A stretch of 64,000 nt of DNA from positions 43,936 to 107,935 of the IMG/VR virus record IMGVR_UViG_3300037516_001783; one strand, given 5' to 3'. Shown one piece after another: positions 1-9,802 of this stretch; position 1 is the stretch's first letter, and every line of letters starts with the position of its first letter. The stretch is from a virus. The translations under genes and the position numbers were made by a program. The notes beneath the pieces are model-generated. The model ran no database searches and had not been told where the DNA came from. It worked only from the letters and a program-made list of their open reading frames with translations.

Positions 1-898
1 TACTTTTAACAACATATCTGATGAAATTTTCTCTCATCCTTTTAACGTCACTTTCTGAAGCTGAGAAACCCCAATTCCCCCAAACAGACACACCTGTAAG
101 CACTTCACTTTGTGTTTGTGAATTTGCTTGTACTGAAATTTTCTTAACTCCTAACTCCTTGTATTTGTCATAAAAGTTAGACATTAACTTTCTAGCAAAG
201 TCAGTATTTCTAAGTGTTTCAGAACAACCAAAACTTGAGTGGTAAACAGAACCATCTGGTCTAATTACTCTTGAAATCTGAAAATGTTTTGGTTGGCTAA
301 AACCAAACTCATCAGTTGAAGCAGAATCCTCAGACATGTGAACTCTTATTGTTCCGTCAGAATCACAAAAGAACCTTTTGTCAGAAACATTTCTTCCATT
401 AGTGTTAGGAATGTAACTATCTATCAATTCATTACAACCTTTATAAAGGTCTGCTATATCATGACCTTCCCAATGTTTGTTAAAATTGTTAATAGAAGTT
501 TGGTCTGATTCAACCCTTACATTTTTTAACTTCTCTAATGTAAGTTCTGGTTTTTTAACACCGTAAGCTTCATCTGTAATTCTATCAACTTGCTTTAACA
601 CTTCTTCCTTTTTAAATTGGAAGCTGTTACCTTTCTCAACCTGTTTTAATGAATGTGATATTACAGATTGCTGGTGAAAATATTCAGCTTTTTTCAATAA
701 CTTTTTAGCCAATTCTTTTTCAGTTGAAGATAACATTTTATCTTCATTTACAGCATTAATATCTCTAATTTTTACATAAATTATGTGAGAATTTTTATCA
801 AGTTTTTGTTGATATTCAGGATTCCCCTTCTTATGTATATTTTGTAATCCACCTTTGACAATTACACTGTCAAAGGCTTTTTTCAATTCATCTTGCAT
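1..898 (-). CDS. Partial (runs off the window start); hypothetical protein with a putative GNAT-like acetyltransferase domain
   Basis: Not in the ORF track. My translation from ATG 898 (MQDELKKAFDSVIVKGG...) is open to position 1 and contains YHSSFGCSETLRNTDFARKLMSNFYDKYKELGVKKISVQAN...GVSVWGNWGF, which resembles GNAT motifs A/B. Confidence 0.5.
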   Translation of the reverse strand, partial: MQDELKKAFDSVIVKGGLQNIHKKGNPEYQQKLDKNSHIIYVKIRDINAVNEDKMLSSTEKELAKKLLKKAEYFHQQSVISHSLKQVEKGNSFQFKKEEVLKQVDRITDEAYGVKKPELTLEKLKNVRVESDQTSINNFNKHWEGHDIADLYKGCNELIDSYIPNTNGRNVSDKRFFCDSDGTIRVHMSEDSASTDEFGFSQPKHFQISRVIRPDGSVYHSSFGCSETLRNTDFARKLMSNFYDKYKELGVKKISVQANSQTQSEVLTGVSVWGNWGFSASESDVKRMRENFIRYVVKS

Positions 899-899
899 A

Positions 900-3122
900 T
901 TATAATATTAATGAGTTAAATGCTTTTTCTATATCAACGTCTACAATGAATAAACTTCCCGAATCCAATGATTTCATTAATTTTTTAACAACATTTTCTT
1001 CGTTACCATTTTCACTCCTAAAGAAGTGCATACATTTAATAACACCTTCTTCGTTCTTGTAAGAATTCTTAATTTTGTCTATGTTTTTAGCCATAAAATT
1101 AAGAGCATCTTTGTATTCACTGTAAGTGTAGTTCTGTCCTTTTAGGTTTGTAAATCCAATACCTAATTGTTCTCTTTTATTTATAAGATATTTAGAACGC
1201 TCTATAAAGGTATCAGGAGTTTCCTTTATATTTGCTAACATACTTCTTGATTGAATTGGCTGTGGAGCATTATCTAATGAAGAAGTGATAAAAACACACT
1301 TACCTTTGAATTGGAATTTTTCTGGTAAGTCGTTTGGGTGAGTTATGCTTTTTGGGTCAACCTTTCCAGACTCTTCGTCAGTTTCATATTTCCAACCACC
1401 TTGTCTAAGAGCGTCACCATAAGCACCGTTATCTTCAAAGTCAGAAGGTTTAAAATCAGGTTTATAACGACCTGTATTAACACTTGTCAACCAAGCAACT
1501 TCACCATCACCAGATGTATCTAATGCTCCTTTTAACAAACCTTGACCAAGATTGCTTTCTAAAACCTTATCAGCAGAGTTGTCAAAAACAATTGTCTTAA
1601 AGTTATGTTTAAACAAAGTTTCGTATAATGATTTCTCTGTTAAACCACCTCCTGCTGAGGAAATAACAACATATTGATTACTTACAGGTTCCTCACCATC
1701 TTCAGGTTCGTATTCTAAGTTTTGTTGTTTCTGTAATGTACAAACTTCATGAGAATTTTGCATACCTTTTTGTTTTAAGTAGGTAGTAACATTATTCGCA
1801 TTTGTATCAGCAACAACAGCACATTTAACTTGGTTTCCTGTTACCATATCTAAAGAGTTGTAAAACGAATCAAAGTTTTCAACTATAGACATTTCAGGCT
1901 TATCTTTCAATAAAATCTTATCAGCTTCAACCTCCCATTTCATCCCCTTTTTAGAGAAGAAATCTCTGATAGCATTACACTTTGTTAAAGTTCTACCACT
2001 TAACTCCTCTAAATTTCTCCAATTTTTAGCAAAGTAATTAGCAATACTTTCTTTCTCCTCATCTGTAACTTCTACTTTATTACCTAATGCGTCTTGGAAT
2101 TTTAGAGAACTGTTAATCTTACCATAATTAGGATTCTCGATTCCGTTAATCATTTTCCTACCATCATGTAAGATTTTATCATTTAACAGGTCCCAAGTTT
2201 CCTTTTTAGTTAATCGTAAGTTTAAGTTATCAGAATTTGTTAAAATCCTTTGGAAATTTTCAGCTTTTGGTCCATGTTTTTCAGCTTGTTTATCTAAATT
2301 CACATTAGATATTAACATAACACTACCATCGAAGTCAAATCTTGGAGGAACACCATCAGAAGTTTTCTCATGTACATTACCACTTTTAGGGTTTGTAAGA
2401 GTTACACTTCCTGTGTTAGAAGATATTGAGGTTAAAATATTCAACATGGCTGGGTCATCAAAAACCATATCAAAATCATCCAAAATAATCTTCTTATCTT
2501 TATTGTTATAAAGCATTTCAAAGAAACCTCCGGGAGTTGTACCACCTGTGAACTTTACAACATCACCATTTTCAAGACCTTCTTTGATTTTTGTATTTTG
2601 TAATACAGTAAAAGTTTTACCAACACCACCTGAACCTGAAGCAATAGAAAGTCTAAGAGATTTATCATCAGCAAAATTTGATACCATTTTCTCCCACTCA
2701 ATCATCCTTTCAGCTGGAGAGCCATAAATATCATAATCTAAACCACCTTCATCTTCATCAGAAACAACTTTTTTCTCACTTGGTTTAACTTCACCTTCTG
2801 GTGTAATTGGTGCACTACCTTCACCGTCATGAGGGAATACTAATTTGTTAGGTGATTTGTCATGACGTCTTCCTGTTTGGTCTTTCAACTTAACATATCC
2901 GTCATCTTTAACACCAACAATTGTATGTTCTTCACCGTTGTATAAAGCAACATCACCTTCTTTAACATGTAAATGTTCGTCAGTAACTTCATCCTTTTTT
3001 ACCCAAGTTAATCTCTTGTGGATTCCATGAGCACCATGAACAAGTATAAATTTTGGAACCAACTTACCACCGTGTGATAAGTCTGCAGCCTTCTCTATGT
3101 CTGTTTCTAAATTATTTAACAT
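900..3122 (-). CDS. Tandem AAA+-type ATPase (one intact and one degenerate domain) with a shared N-terminal SH3-like domain
   Basis: Walker A SGSGGVGKT and Walker B IILDDFD, then PPRFDFDGSVMLISN. A second copy (LYETLFKHNFKTIVFDN...LKGALDTSG...PEKFQFKGKCVFIT) lacks Walker A. Confidence 0.7.
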   Translation of the reverse strand: MLNNLETDIEKAADLSHGGKLVPKFILVHGAHGIHKRLTWVKKDEVTDEHLHVKEGDVALYNGEEHTIVGVKDDGYVKLKDQTGRRHDKSPNKLVFPHDGEGSAPITPEGEVKPSEKKVVSDEDEGGLDYDIYGSPAERMIEWEKMVSNFADDKSLRLSIASGSGGVGKTFTVLQNTKIKEGLENGDVVKFTGGTTPGGFFEMLYNNKDKKIILDDFDMVFDDPAMLNILTSISSNTGSVTLTNPKSGNVHEKTSDGVPPRFDFDGSVMLISNVNLDKQAEKHGPKAENFQRILTNSDNLNLRLTKKETWDLLNDKILHDGRKMINGIENPNYGKINSSLKFQDALGNKVEVTDEEKESIANYFAKNWRNLEELSGRTLTKCNAIRDFFSKKGMKWEVEADKILLKDKPEMSIVENFDSFYNSLDMVTGNQVKCAVVADTNANNVTTYLKQKGMQNSHEVCTLQKQQNLEYEPEDGEEPVSNQYVVISSAGGGLTEKSLYETLFKHNFKTIVFDNSADKVLESNLGQGLLKGALDTSGDGEVAWLTSVNTGRYKPDFKPSDFEDNGAYGDALRQGGWKYETDEESGKVDPKSITHPNDLPEKFQFKGKCVFITSSLDNAPQPIQSRSMLANIKETPDTFIERSKYLINKREQLGIGFTNLKGQNYTYSEYKDALNFMAKNIDKIKNSYKNEEGVIKCMHFFRSENGNEENVVKKLMKSLDSGSLFIVDVDIEKAFNSLIL

Positions 3123-3136
3123 TACCTTATATTTTA

Positions 3137-4702
3137 TTATTCAAACGGATTCTCACTATCATCTGTTGGCATATCAGAATAATCTTCTTCACCATCTTCA
3201 GGTTGTACTTCACCACCTTCTTGTTCACCACCCATACCCATTTGTTGTGCAGCCATTTTGAATTGTGAGTAAGTACTTGACATAACATTATCTGCAGCTG
3301 GGTCTTTAATTTTTGGATAACCAAGTTCTTCTCTAACTTCATTTAAAGTTGCAAAGTTGGTTACTTTCTTAACTGCCATATCCAATTCCTCTGACTGACT
3401 TAATGCATCTATTCCAACGAACGATAAATAATAATCCTTATCTAATTGGTTTACCACATATTTATTTAGTCTGGAAGCTATGAATTTTAAAAGTGGGTAT
3501 AAACCTTTGTCCTTACTATGTTTTAATTTACCTTCATTATTACTTTCAAATAATGCTCTGTTTTCAGCTCCACCACTTTGTGAGAAACCTATTTCTTCTG
3601 GAGATATACAGTAAATTGCACAAGCTGTTTTGATAAGGTAATCTTGCCAAGCCTTAAACTCCATGTCTTTATTGGCAGTTTGAAGGTTGATGAATTCCAT
3701 CTTTCCAGCTTCCATAACAGGAGTCTTCCAAGCATTATGAACTCCAGAAACCATTGCTTGCCACTGTTGTTTAAATTCTTGGATTTTTGCTGGTGAAACT
3801 GAACCGTCTACACGAATAATACCTTTAGGTGCTGAACCTTGTGAGAAGAATCTTCTGTTATACTCATCTGACCATAACATAGAAGTTATTGTTGTTACAA
3901 GTTCTTCAAGTTCTGAAACTCCGTAACCAAAATTATGAATATCACTTTCTGGATTTCTAACACCAAAACATAATTCCCAAGGATAAAAATCTGCTACAAC
4001 CTGACCATTGTCTACTTGACAAAATGACGGATAATAACCTTTGATTTTTTCTTTGTTTTGGTTTTGATAACTATCATCATCAACACTATCAGATATCCTA
4101 AAAGTAGATGCGTCTGTGGCAATGAATTCTATTGGTAAACCTTTTCTGTTGTAAATAACCTCAAAAGTCAATTGGTCAAAAACTAATGAATCTCTTGTTA
4201 CTTTTCTTATGAAACTGTCAAAATCATCTGCTTCCCAAGAGTTGTTTGTACCACAATTCAAAATAAATTGCGTTATTTCATCAACCCTAGCTTGTTCTGC
4301 TTTTGTTAATTTTGAGTTTTCCTTACCTCTTTTTAAAATCTTAAATCCTGTACTGAATTTATCCTTCTGAGGTTCAGCAAATGCGGCAACTTGATTTACC
4401 CTTGTCTTAATAATAGCACTAATAACAGGAACTCTTGCCATACGTTTTAAATTGTCGTATGACATCCCCATAGCTTTATCCTTGTAACCTAAAGAAGTTG
4501 CAAAATCTAATGGGTCAATTAATATAGATTTTCTATCAGAAAGTTCTCTGTTCTCTATGTATTTACTTGCGATTGCTTGTGCTTTTACTAACTCATTTGG
4601 GTCTGTAGAAGATAGTGCACTGCCAACCAAAGACATTTTCTTAGCTAATATCTTTTCCTCTAAAGTATTTAAGATGTTTATTTTTTCTATTCTACCCATC
4701 AC
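3137..4702 (-). CDS. Phage portal protein
   Basis: AIIKTRVNQV, RDSLVFDQ, GYGVSELE, NRRFFSQGSAPKG, KDMEF, SKDKGLYPLL, TLNEVRE: typical of large myovirus portals. Confidence 0.92.
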   Translation of the reverse strand: MMGRIEKINILNTLEEKILAKKMSLVGSALSSTDPNELVKAQAIASKYIENRELSDRKSILIDPLDFATSLGYKDKAMGMSYDNLKRMARVPVISAIIKTRVNQVAAFAEPQKDKFSTGFKILKRGKENSKLTKAEQARVDEITQFILNCGTNNSWEADDFDSFIRKVTRDSLVFDQLTFEVIYNRKGLPIEFIATDASTFRISDSVDDDSYQNQNKEKIKGYYPSFCQVDNGQVVADFYPWELCFGVRNPESDIHNFGYGVSELEELVTTITSMLWSDEYNRRFFSQGSAPKGIIRVDGSVSPAKIQEFKQQWQAMVSGVHNAWKTPVMEAGKMEFINLQTANKDMEFKAWQDYLIKTACAIYCISPEEIGFSQSGGAENRALFESNNEGKLKHSKDKGLYPLLKFIASRLNKYVVNQLDKDYYLSFVGIDALSQSEELDMAVKKVTNFATLNEVREELGYPKIKDPAADNVMSSTYSQFKMAAQQMGMGGEQEGGEVQPEDGEEDYSDMPTDDSENPFE

Positions 4703-4819
4703 AGTTAATTAAAAACAAAACACAGTAAAATTCACCTGTTTTAAAAAATATAACTGTTTGTATGGAAACAATTATTAAGGGATGTTAATAACAACACCCC
4801 TTAATTTAAAATAATTTGA

Positions 4820-5311
4820 CTATTGGATTGTAACTTTTAACATTTCAATAATGTCTTCCATCTCCTTAATTTTAAGATTGACAGTATTTACTCTACATTC
4901 GTCGTCAGCAACTAATTGGTATTTTTTCACACCACCTTTTAACCTATCCTCAACACTTTTAGCTTCACCTGTGATGATGTAACCGTATTGGTCTAAAAAT
5001 GCAATTTTTGTTAATAAATCCTCTTTTGATTCTGAACACTTTTTCAGTAAATCTTTTACTTCAAACCATTCATTACCAACAATATTGTGTAAGTTGTAAA
5101 ATAAAGCAAAAGCTTTCGATTTATTATCTCTAAGGTATTCCATGTGTGAATACTTAGCTACAGAATCTTCAACAACTTCTAAAACATCAGCAAAATTTCT
5201 AATAACTTCTACAGGTGATAAACCTGTAGACTTTAATTCAGGAAGTTCTGGAGAGGTCATTAAAAACTCACCTGATTCTTGCTTTTCAATACTTAAATTA
5301 ATTTTGTTCAT
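4820..5311 (-). CDS. Hypothetical protein; N-terminal HicB-antitoxin-like fold, possible C-terminal winged helix
   Basis: LSIEKQESGEFLMTSPELPELKSTGLSPVEVIRNFADVL resembles the HicB N-terminal consensus. Confidence 0.45.
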   Translation of the reverse strand: MNKINLSIEKQESGEFLMTSPELPELKSTGLSPVEVIRNFADVLEVVEDSVAKYSHMEYLRDNKSKAFALFYNLHNIVGNEWFEVKDLLKKCSESKEDLLTKIAFLDQYGYIITGEAKSVEDRLKGGVKKYQLVADDECRVNTVNLKIKEMEDIIEMLKVTIQ

Positions 5312-6260
5312 CTTTTAATATATTAGACAATGTGAATTCACCTTTGTAAGTGAATGTATTTAATTTTGACTTAAATTCCTCCTGTAATTGTAATTGATGT
5401 TGTTCTGATAACCAACAAGTTTTCAATTGCATTAATTTAGCATTCCTATAAACTTTTTCAGCAAGAGCAACTTCATCTTTCTTAAATTTGAAGTGTGCAT
5501 TTATCAATAAAGCAATGAACTCAATATATCCACTATCCCAGAATTCACAACCCAATAGTGAATTTTCATTCGCTTTTTGTACAATTCCTTCTGCCGTTTT
5601 ATCACCCATTCCTGTACAGATATTCGGGACATTATCACCACCATCACCAACTAATATTTTCTTTAATGTGAACTCGTTGTTATTAACTTCTATGTATTTA
5701 ACCTTATCTGAATTTTTAAGTTGTACCATCTTACCTTTAGCATGATACAATTTCAAATTAGAGCTGTTATTACAATAAACAAAATTGTTACCTGTAACAG
5801 ACTGAACCATATCAGCGTCTCCAGTAACAATTATTTGTGAATCACTTTTACTGTTCTTAGCGAGTTGTTCAACCCAATAAACTAACAGGTCATCACCTTC
5901 TAAACCTTCTATGCTTGAAATGATAAATCCTCTGGTTGACATAAACCTTTTGAATTTATCCATTATAGCATAAAAGTTCTTCCAACCTTCTTCATCTGAA
6001 GGGTCTTTTATTTTATTTTTGTATTCTGGGTAGTACTCTTTTCTCCAAGATTTACCTAAGTCAAAAACAATTACAATCCTACCTATTTCTGTAAAATTAT
6101 TGATTGCGTAACAACAATCAGTGATACATTTTCTGAAGAAAATACCTTGTTGTTCTTTTGTTTGAAGTGCATCTGTTAAGGTAGCATCTTGTCCCCAACC
6201 CTTTAATACACTAACACTTTTATGGAATAAATAATTCCCATCAATAATTATATTGTTCAT
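5298..6260 (-). CDS. 5'-3' exonuclease / flap endonuclease (T4 RNase H-like)
   Basis: IIDGNYL, VFD..SWRKEYYPEYK, EGDD, TGDADM, GDGGDNVP..GMGDKTA. Confidence 0.92.
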   Translation of the reverse strand: MNNIIIDGNYLFHKSVSVLKGWGQDATLTDALQTKEQQGIFFRKCITDCCYAINNFTEIGRIVIVFDLGKSWRKEYYPEYKNKIKDPSDEEGWKNFYAIMDKFKRFMSTRGFIISSIEGLEGDDLLVYWVEQLAKNSKSDSQIIVTGDADMVQSVTGNNFVYCNNSSNLKLYHAKGKMVQLKNSDKVKYIEVNNNEFTLKKILVGDGGDNVPNICTGMGDKTAEGIVQKANENSLLGCEFWDSGYIEFIALLINAHFKFKKDEVALAEKVYRNAKLMQLKTCWLSEQHQLQLQEEFKSKLNTFTYKGEFTLSNILKDEQN

Positions 6261-6272
6261 TAAATGATTAAA

Positions 6273-7310
6273 TTAATAAAGTAAGAATGAGTTGTCTCTT
6301 TCACCAACATTTATTTTTGACCTTTGTTTACCAACACCAACTTTCATTTTCCAATACTTTTGGTATTCACATAACATCATTTCTATATTGTGTAATGTAA
6401 GTTCACCTGTTTCAGAAACTTCATATACCTTTTTAACCTTGTTCCAAGTTGTATATTTAAAATCTTCAACTTGTTCGTTAAACATGTCTCTTAGTAAACC
6501 TATGCCACCAATTATTTCCTTTTCTTGTAAGCTTGGAAAAATTAATCTCAACCCAACTTTACATCCTGGACCGACATTGGTGAAATCATTTTGGTCAAAT
6601 TTGAACTTGAAATTCTTACAGTAAATTGTTATGTAAGTTAAGTCTTGATATAATTCATGACTAACAAAATGTGAAACAGAAGATATCGTTTCAAAACATT
6701 TTATCAATGGTTTTACATCATTTCCTTTAGCAAGAGTTTCTATTTTACTTAACAACGAAATCATCTTTGGGATAACCTTATTACAGAAATGCCAATCTCT
6801 TGTATGACCTATAGAACCTACGCTGTTTGTACAGTATGCATTTGTAAAAGGATTCCCACCAGACATCCTAAATTCCTTCAAAAGTTCTTCAAAAACAATT
6901 GGGTCATATTCTTCTGGTGTTGGGATACCTCTGTATGGAGAGTTCTTAATTAACCAAGAAAACAACAAATTGTTGTTAAAGAATTTAAAGAAGAACATGT
7001 AATAATACAACAACTTTATATCATCATTTGCATACGTAATTGCAGAACCTTTTAAATTTTTAGTATCAAAAGGTATCATTATTTTACTAATCAAGAATTG
7101 ACTTTCCCTGTCTAATTCCCTGTAAACATTTGTGAATTTGTTGTTTAATAGAATTTGGTCTTTAGTCCAAGGTTTTGGTTCTTTTAAAAACCTTTTGAAC
7201 CAAATATCTTGCCTCTCTTTAACTACGTAGAAAAATTCTTCTAAATTCTCTTGACAGACATCTAAATCTTCTGAAGGCAAGAACTTCTCAAATGTATGAG
7301 GTTTTTTCAT
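6273..7310 (-). CDS. aGPT-Pplase1 / 5-hmdU DNA kinase helical-domain family protein (thymine hypermodification)
   Basis: ERQDIWFKR..EPKPWTKDQIL.NNKFTNVYRELDRESQ, FTNAY, GPGCKVGL, IEMMLCEYQKY match this family as I recall it; no P-loop is visible. Confidence 0.8.
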   Translation of the reverse strand: MKKPHTFEKFLPSEDLDVCQENLEEFFYVVKERQDIWFKRFLKEPKPWTKDQILLNNKFTNVYRELDRESQFLISKIMIPFDTKNLKGSAITYANDDIKLLYYYMFFFKFFNNNLLFSWLIKNSPYRGIPTPEEYDPIVFEELLKEFRMSGGNPFTNAYCTNSVGSIGHTRDWHFCNKVIPKMISLLSKIETLAKGNDVKPLIKCFETISSVSHFVSHELYQDLTYITIYCKNFKFKFDQNDFTNVGPGCKVGLRLIFPSLQEKEIIGGIGLLRDMFNEQVEDFKYTTWNKVKKVYEVSETGELTLHNIEMMLCEYQKYWKMKVGVGKQRSKINVGERDNSFLLY

Positions 7311-7648
7311 TATTTCAAAATAAATTTAATCCTTTTATCAGAAGATTTCATTTTATCTTCTACAAATTTTTGAACTGCTAAAACAGATTCATAACTAAGG
7401 AATGTGTTTGTATTCACACCAGAATAAGTTTCTGGTAATTCACTATCGTCTACATAAAGTTTCTTATGTGACAATGAACAAACAACAGGTTGTTTTAATT
7501 TGTTTACTTTACTAACAACTTGTATTGGATAGTAAGAATGAACTAAATGTAAAACGAATTTAAGCGATTTACTATCTTCGTATTTCTTATGTAATTCTGA
7601 AACTAATCTTTCAACCTCTTCAACTTTATCAACTTCTTCTTGAAACAT
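7310..7648 (-). CDS. Hypothetical protein
   Basis: ORF track; coupled to the next gene. Confidence 0.6.
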   Translation of the reverse strand: MFQEEVDKVEEVERLVSELHKKYEDSKSLKFVLHLVHSYYPIQVVSKVNKLKQPVVCSLSHKKLYVDDSELPETYSGVNTNTFLSYESVLAVQKFVEDKMKSSDKRIKFILK

Positions 7649-7799
7649 ATCATTGTTTTTTCACAAAAATACCTGTTATTTAAAGTAAATCAACTCACAA
7701 ACAGTAACACCTTTGATGTGCATTACCTTCAGAACTGCGTTACTTAATCTATGGACGTTGTTATTTTCTACCTTAACAACGTCCTTCTTTTTTACTATT

Positions 7800-8057
7800 T
7801 TAGACATCTTTACAATTTTCTCTGAAGACTCTACCTTCAAGTTCACAAACTTTAAATTTATAAGCTTGTTTGTTTCCTACAATCACCTTACCACTTTCCA
7901 AAATATGTGATTCTTGTTTTTTATGTAAGATAATGGTATCATTCAAGCTTAGACTTTTAAAATTCACAGTAAGATTTAGTGATTTATAAAACGTCAACCA
8001 ATTAACATATTCTTTAGGACATTCAATTGGTAAATCAACATAAACAACTTTACTCAC
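7800..8057 (-). CDS. Hypothetical protein
   Basis: ORF track; overlapping operon arrangement. Confidence 0.6.
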   Translation of the reverse strand: MSKVVYVDLPIECPKEYVNWLTFYKSLNLTVNFKSLSLNDTIILHKKQESHILESGKVIVGNKQAYKFKVCELEGRVFRENCKDV

Positions 8058-8475
8058 TTTTTTCCTTTTTAACTCTTTTGGTTTTGTTTACTTCTTTGTC
8101 TAAAATCTTCATTTGATTTTCATCAACGAACCTTACATTACCATTTTGGATTTCATCTAAACATAATTGAAACATGTCTTTTATGTTAAAAAGTTCCTCC
8201 TCCATATCCTTGATTTTGATGAACCTATTAAGTTTATTCCTCATCATCAAGTATTTCCTATTGAGTTCAATGAAGTCCTTTTTTATGTCTTTCAATTCCT
8301 TTGATTTGAAATCCTGTTGTAAGGCAACTGCTAAATGTTCTAAACCGTATTCAACACAAACAGCAGAATTAATGAAGTTCATTCTATTCTTAGAAATAGA
8401 CTCATTAATTTCTTCTAAATTAGAATTCTTGTTTTCTAAAATAGTTTTTATTTTTGAACCTAAATTACTACTCAT
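8050..8475 (-). CDS. Hypothetical protein (coiled coil)
   Basis: ORF track; overlaps the ligase stop. Confidence 0.6.
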   Translation of the reverse strand: MSSNLGSKIKTILENKNSNLEEINESISKNRMNFINSAVCVEYGLEHLAVALQQDFKSKELKDIKKDFIELNRKYLMMRNKLNRFIKIKDMEEELFNIKDMFQLCLDEIQNGNVRFVDENQMKILDKEVNKTKRVKKEKSE

Positions 8476-9589
8476 ATTCCTCTCTGTTTATATTGATGAT
8501 TACAGGGAATCTTGGAATTCCATCAGGAGTTAAGTTCTGATATTTACAAGTAGCAGATTTACCAATGAAATCTTTTTTCTTTAACAACAACATTTTGTAA
8601 TATTCTCTATCACCTTTAATGTTGGAGTTGAAAACCTTTCCAGTCACCCTATCCTTTAAAACGATACCTCCAGCCATTCCTGCTCTTTCACCGTTACCTT
8701 CTTCTACATCAACAATTTCGAACTCCTCAGTAATCATTTCCTTTCTTTTTAACAAAGACTTACTTCTGTTATTTTCGTAGGCTGATAATGACGCTCTAAC
8801 CATTTGACCTTCATAACCTTCTTCCAAGAATTTACCGTAAAGTTCATCAAGATGTTCGTCTGATTCAACTTCAATGGTTTCAACCAACTTTAAATATTTG
8901 AAATCGTGTTTTTCAAATATCATTTCTAACAGCTGGAATCTTTCAACAAAAGAAACGTGTTTATGTTCTGGTAATTGTATGTCGTAGATGTGGTATTCTA
9001 AAAATTCTTCTGAGATTTGTAAGTCAGATTCAGAAGGTTTTGTTTTCTTAGCGTAAGAAATGATTTTGTTAAAATCTTCTTTTAAAATGTGGTTGTAAAT
9101 TTCACCGTCGATAACACAAGGTAAATTAATTTCCTCCTCCAGGATAGCAAGTTCTTTATCAAAATGAGGAACAGAAATTACAGGTTTACCACCTCTACTG
9201 AATTTACCGTTTTCATTTTTCACCATCCTCATACCATCCAATTTAGGCTGGCAGTGTCTTCTTTTACCTATTAGAGAACCTTTCATTTTCTCATATTCGA
9301 AGGCTAACATAGGAGCAACCATTTCTAATTTAGCAACGTCAATTAAGCTTAAACTGTGGGTGTAACCATTGTCTAACTTCTTAACTTGTTTTGCTCTTGC
9401 TTCCAATTGGGCTTGTTCTTCTGGTGAAGTTTCATTGCTTCTACCGATATTTTTACCTTTACAAACTGTCCAAGCAGAAGTGGTTCTAACACCTTCAATC
9501 TGACCTTCTACAGTTCTGTATTTATTACCTTCTACGATAATTTCCCAAACTTGGATGGCTCCAGTTTTAGTTCTTTTATATAACTCCAT
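8468..9589 (-). CDS. lig: ATP-dependent DNA ligase with an N-terminal WGR-like domain
   Basis: PMLA, QPKLDGMR (adenylation Lys), IDGEIY, YHIYD, EGQMVR, LLKRK, PRFP. Confidence 0.95.
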   Translation of the reverse strand: MELYKRTKTGAIQVWEIIVEGNKYRTVEGQIEGVRTTSAWTVCKGKNIGRSNETSPEEQAQLEARAKQVKKLDNGYTHSLSLIDVAKLEMVAPMLAFEYEKMKGSLIGKRRHCQPKLDGMRMVKNENGKFSRGGKPVISVPHFDKELAILEEEINLPCVIDGEIYNHILKEDFNKIISYAKKTKPSESDLQISEEFLEYHIYDIQLPEHKHVSFVERFQLLEMIFEKHDFKYLKLVETIEVESDEHLDELYGKFLEEGYEGQMVRASLSAYENNRSKSLLKRKEMITEEFEIVDVEEGNGERAGMAGGIVLKDRVTGKVFNSNIKGDREYYKMLLLKKKDFIGKSATCKYQNLTPDGIPRFPVIININREEYE

Positions 9590-9802
9590 GATTAAATAAT
9601 TGATTAATTGAATTTTTTAAAACGCTGTTTAATACAGTAAAATGTCTAACAGATTAATGAAATTAAATGCAAGACAAACAACGCTTACGAAGAGAGTACC
9701 TATTACAAATATAATGTTCATAATTTTCTAACTGATTTAACACTACAAAAATAGTGGTTTTAAAATCAATTAGAAAATTATGTTTAATTAGAAAAGACCG
9801 TT

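Noticed and set aside
3127-3342. 71-aa minus-strand ORF inside the portal 3' end
   Set aside because: Alternative-frame overlap with no supporting signal
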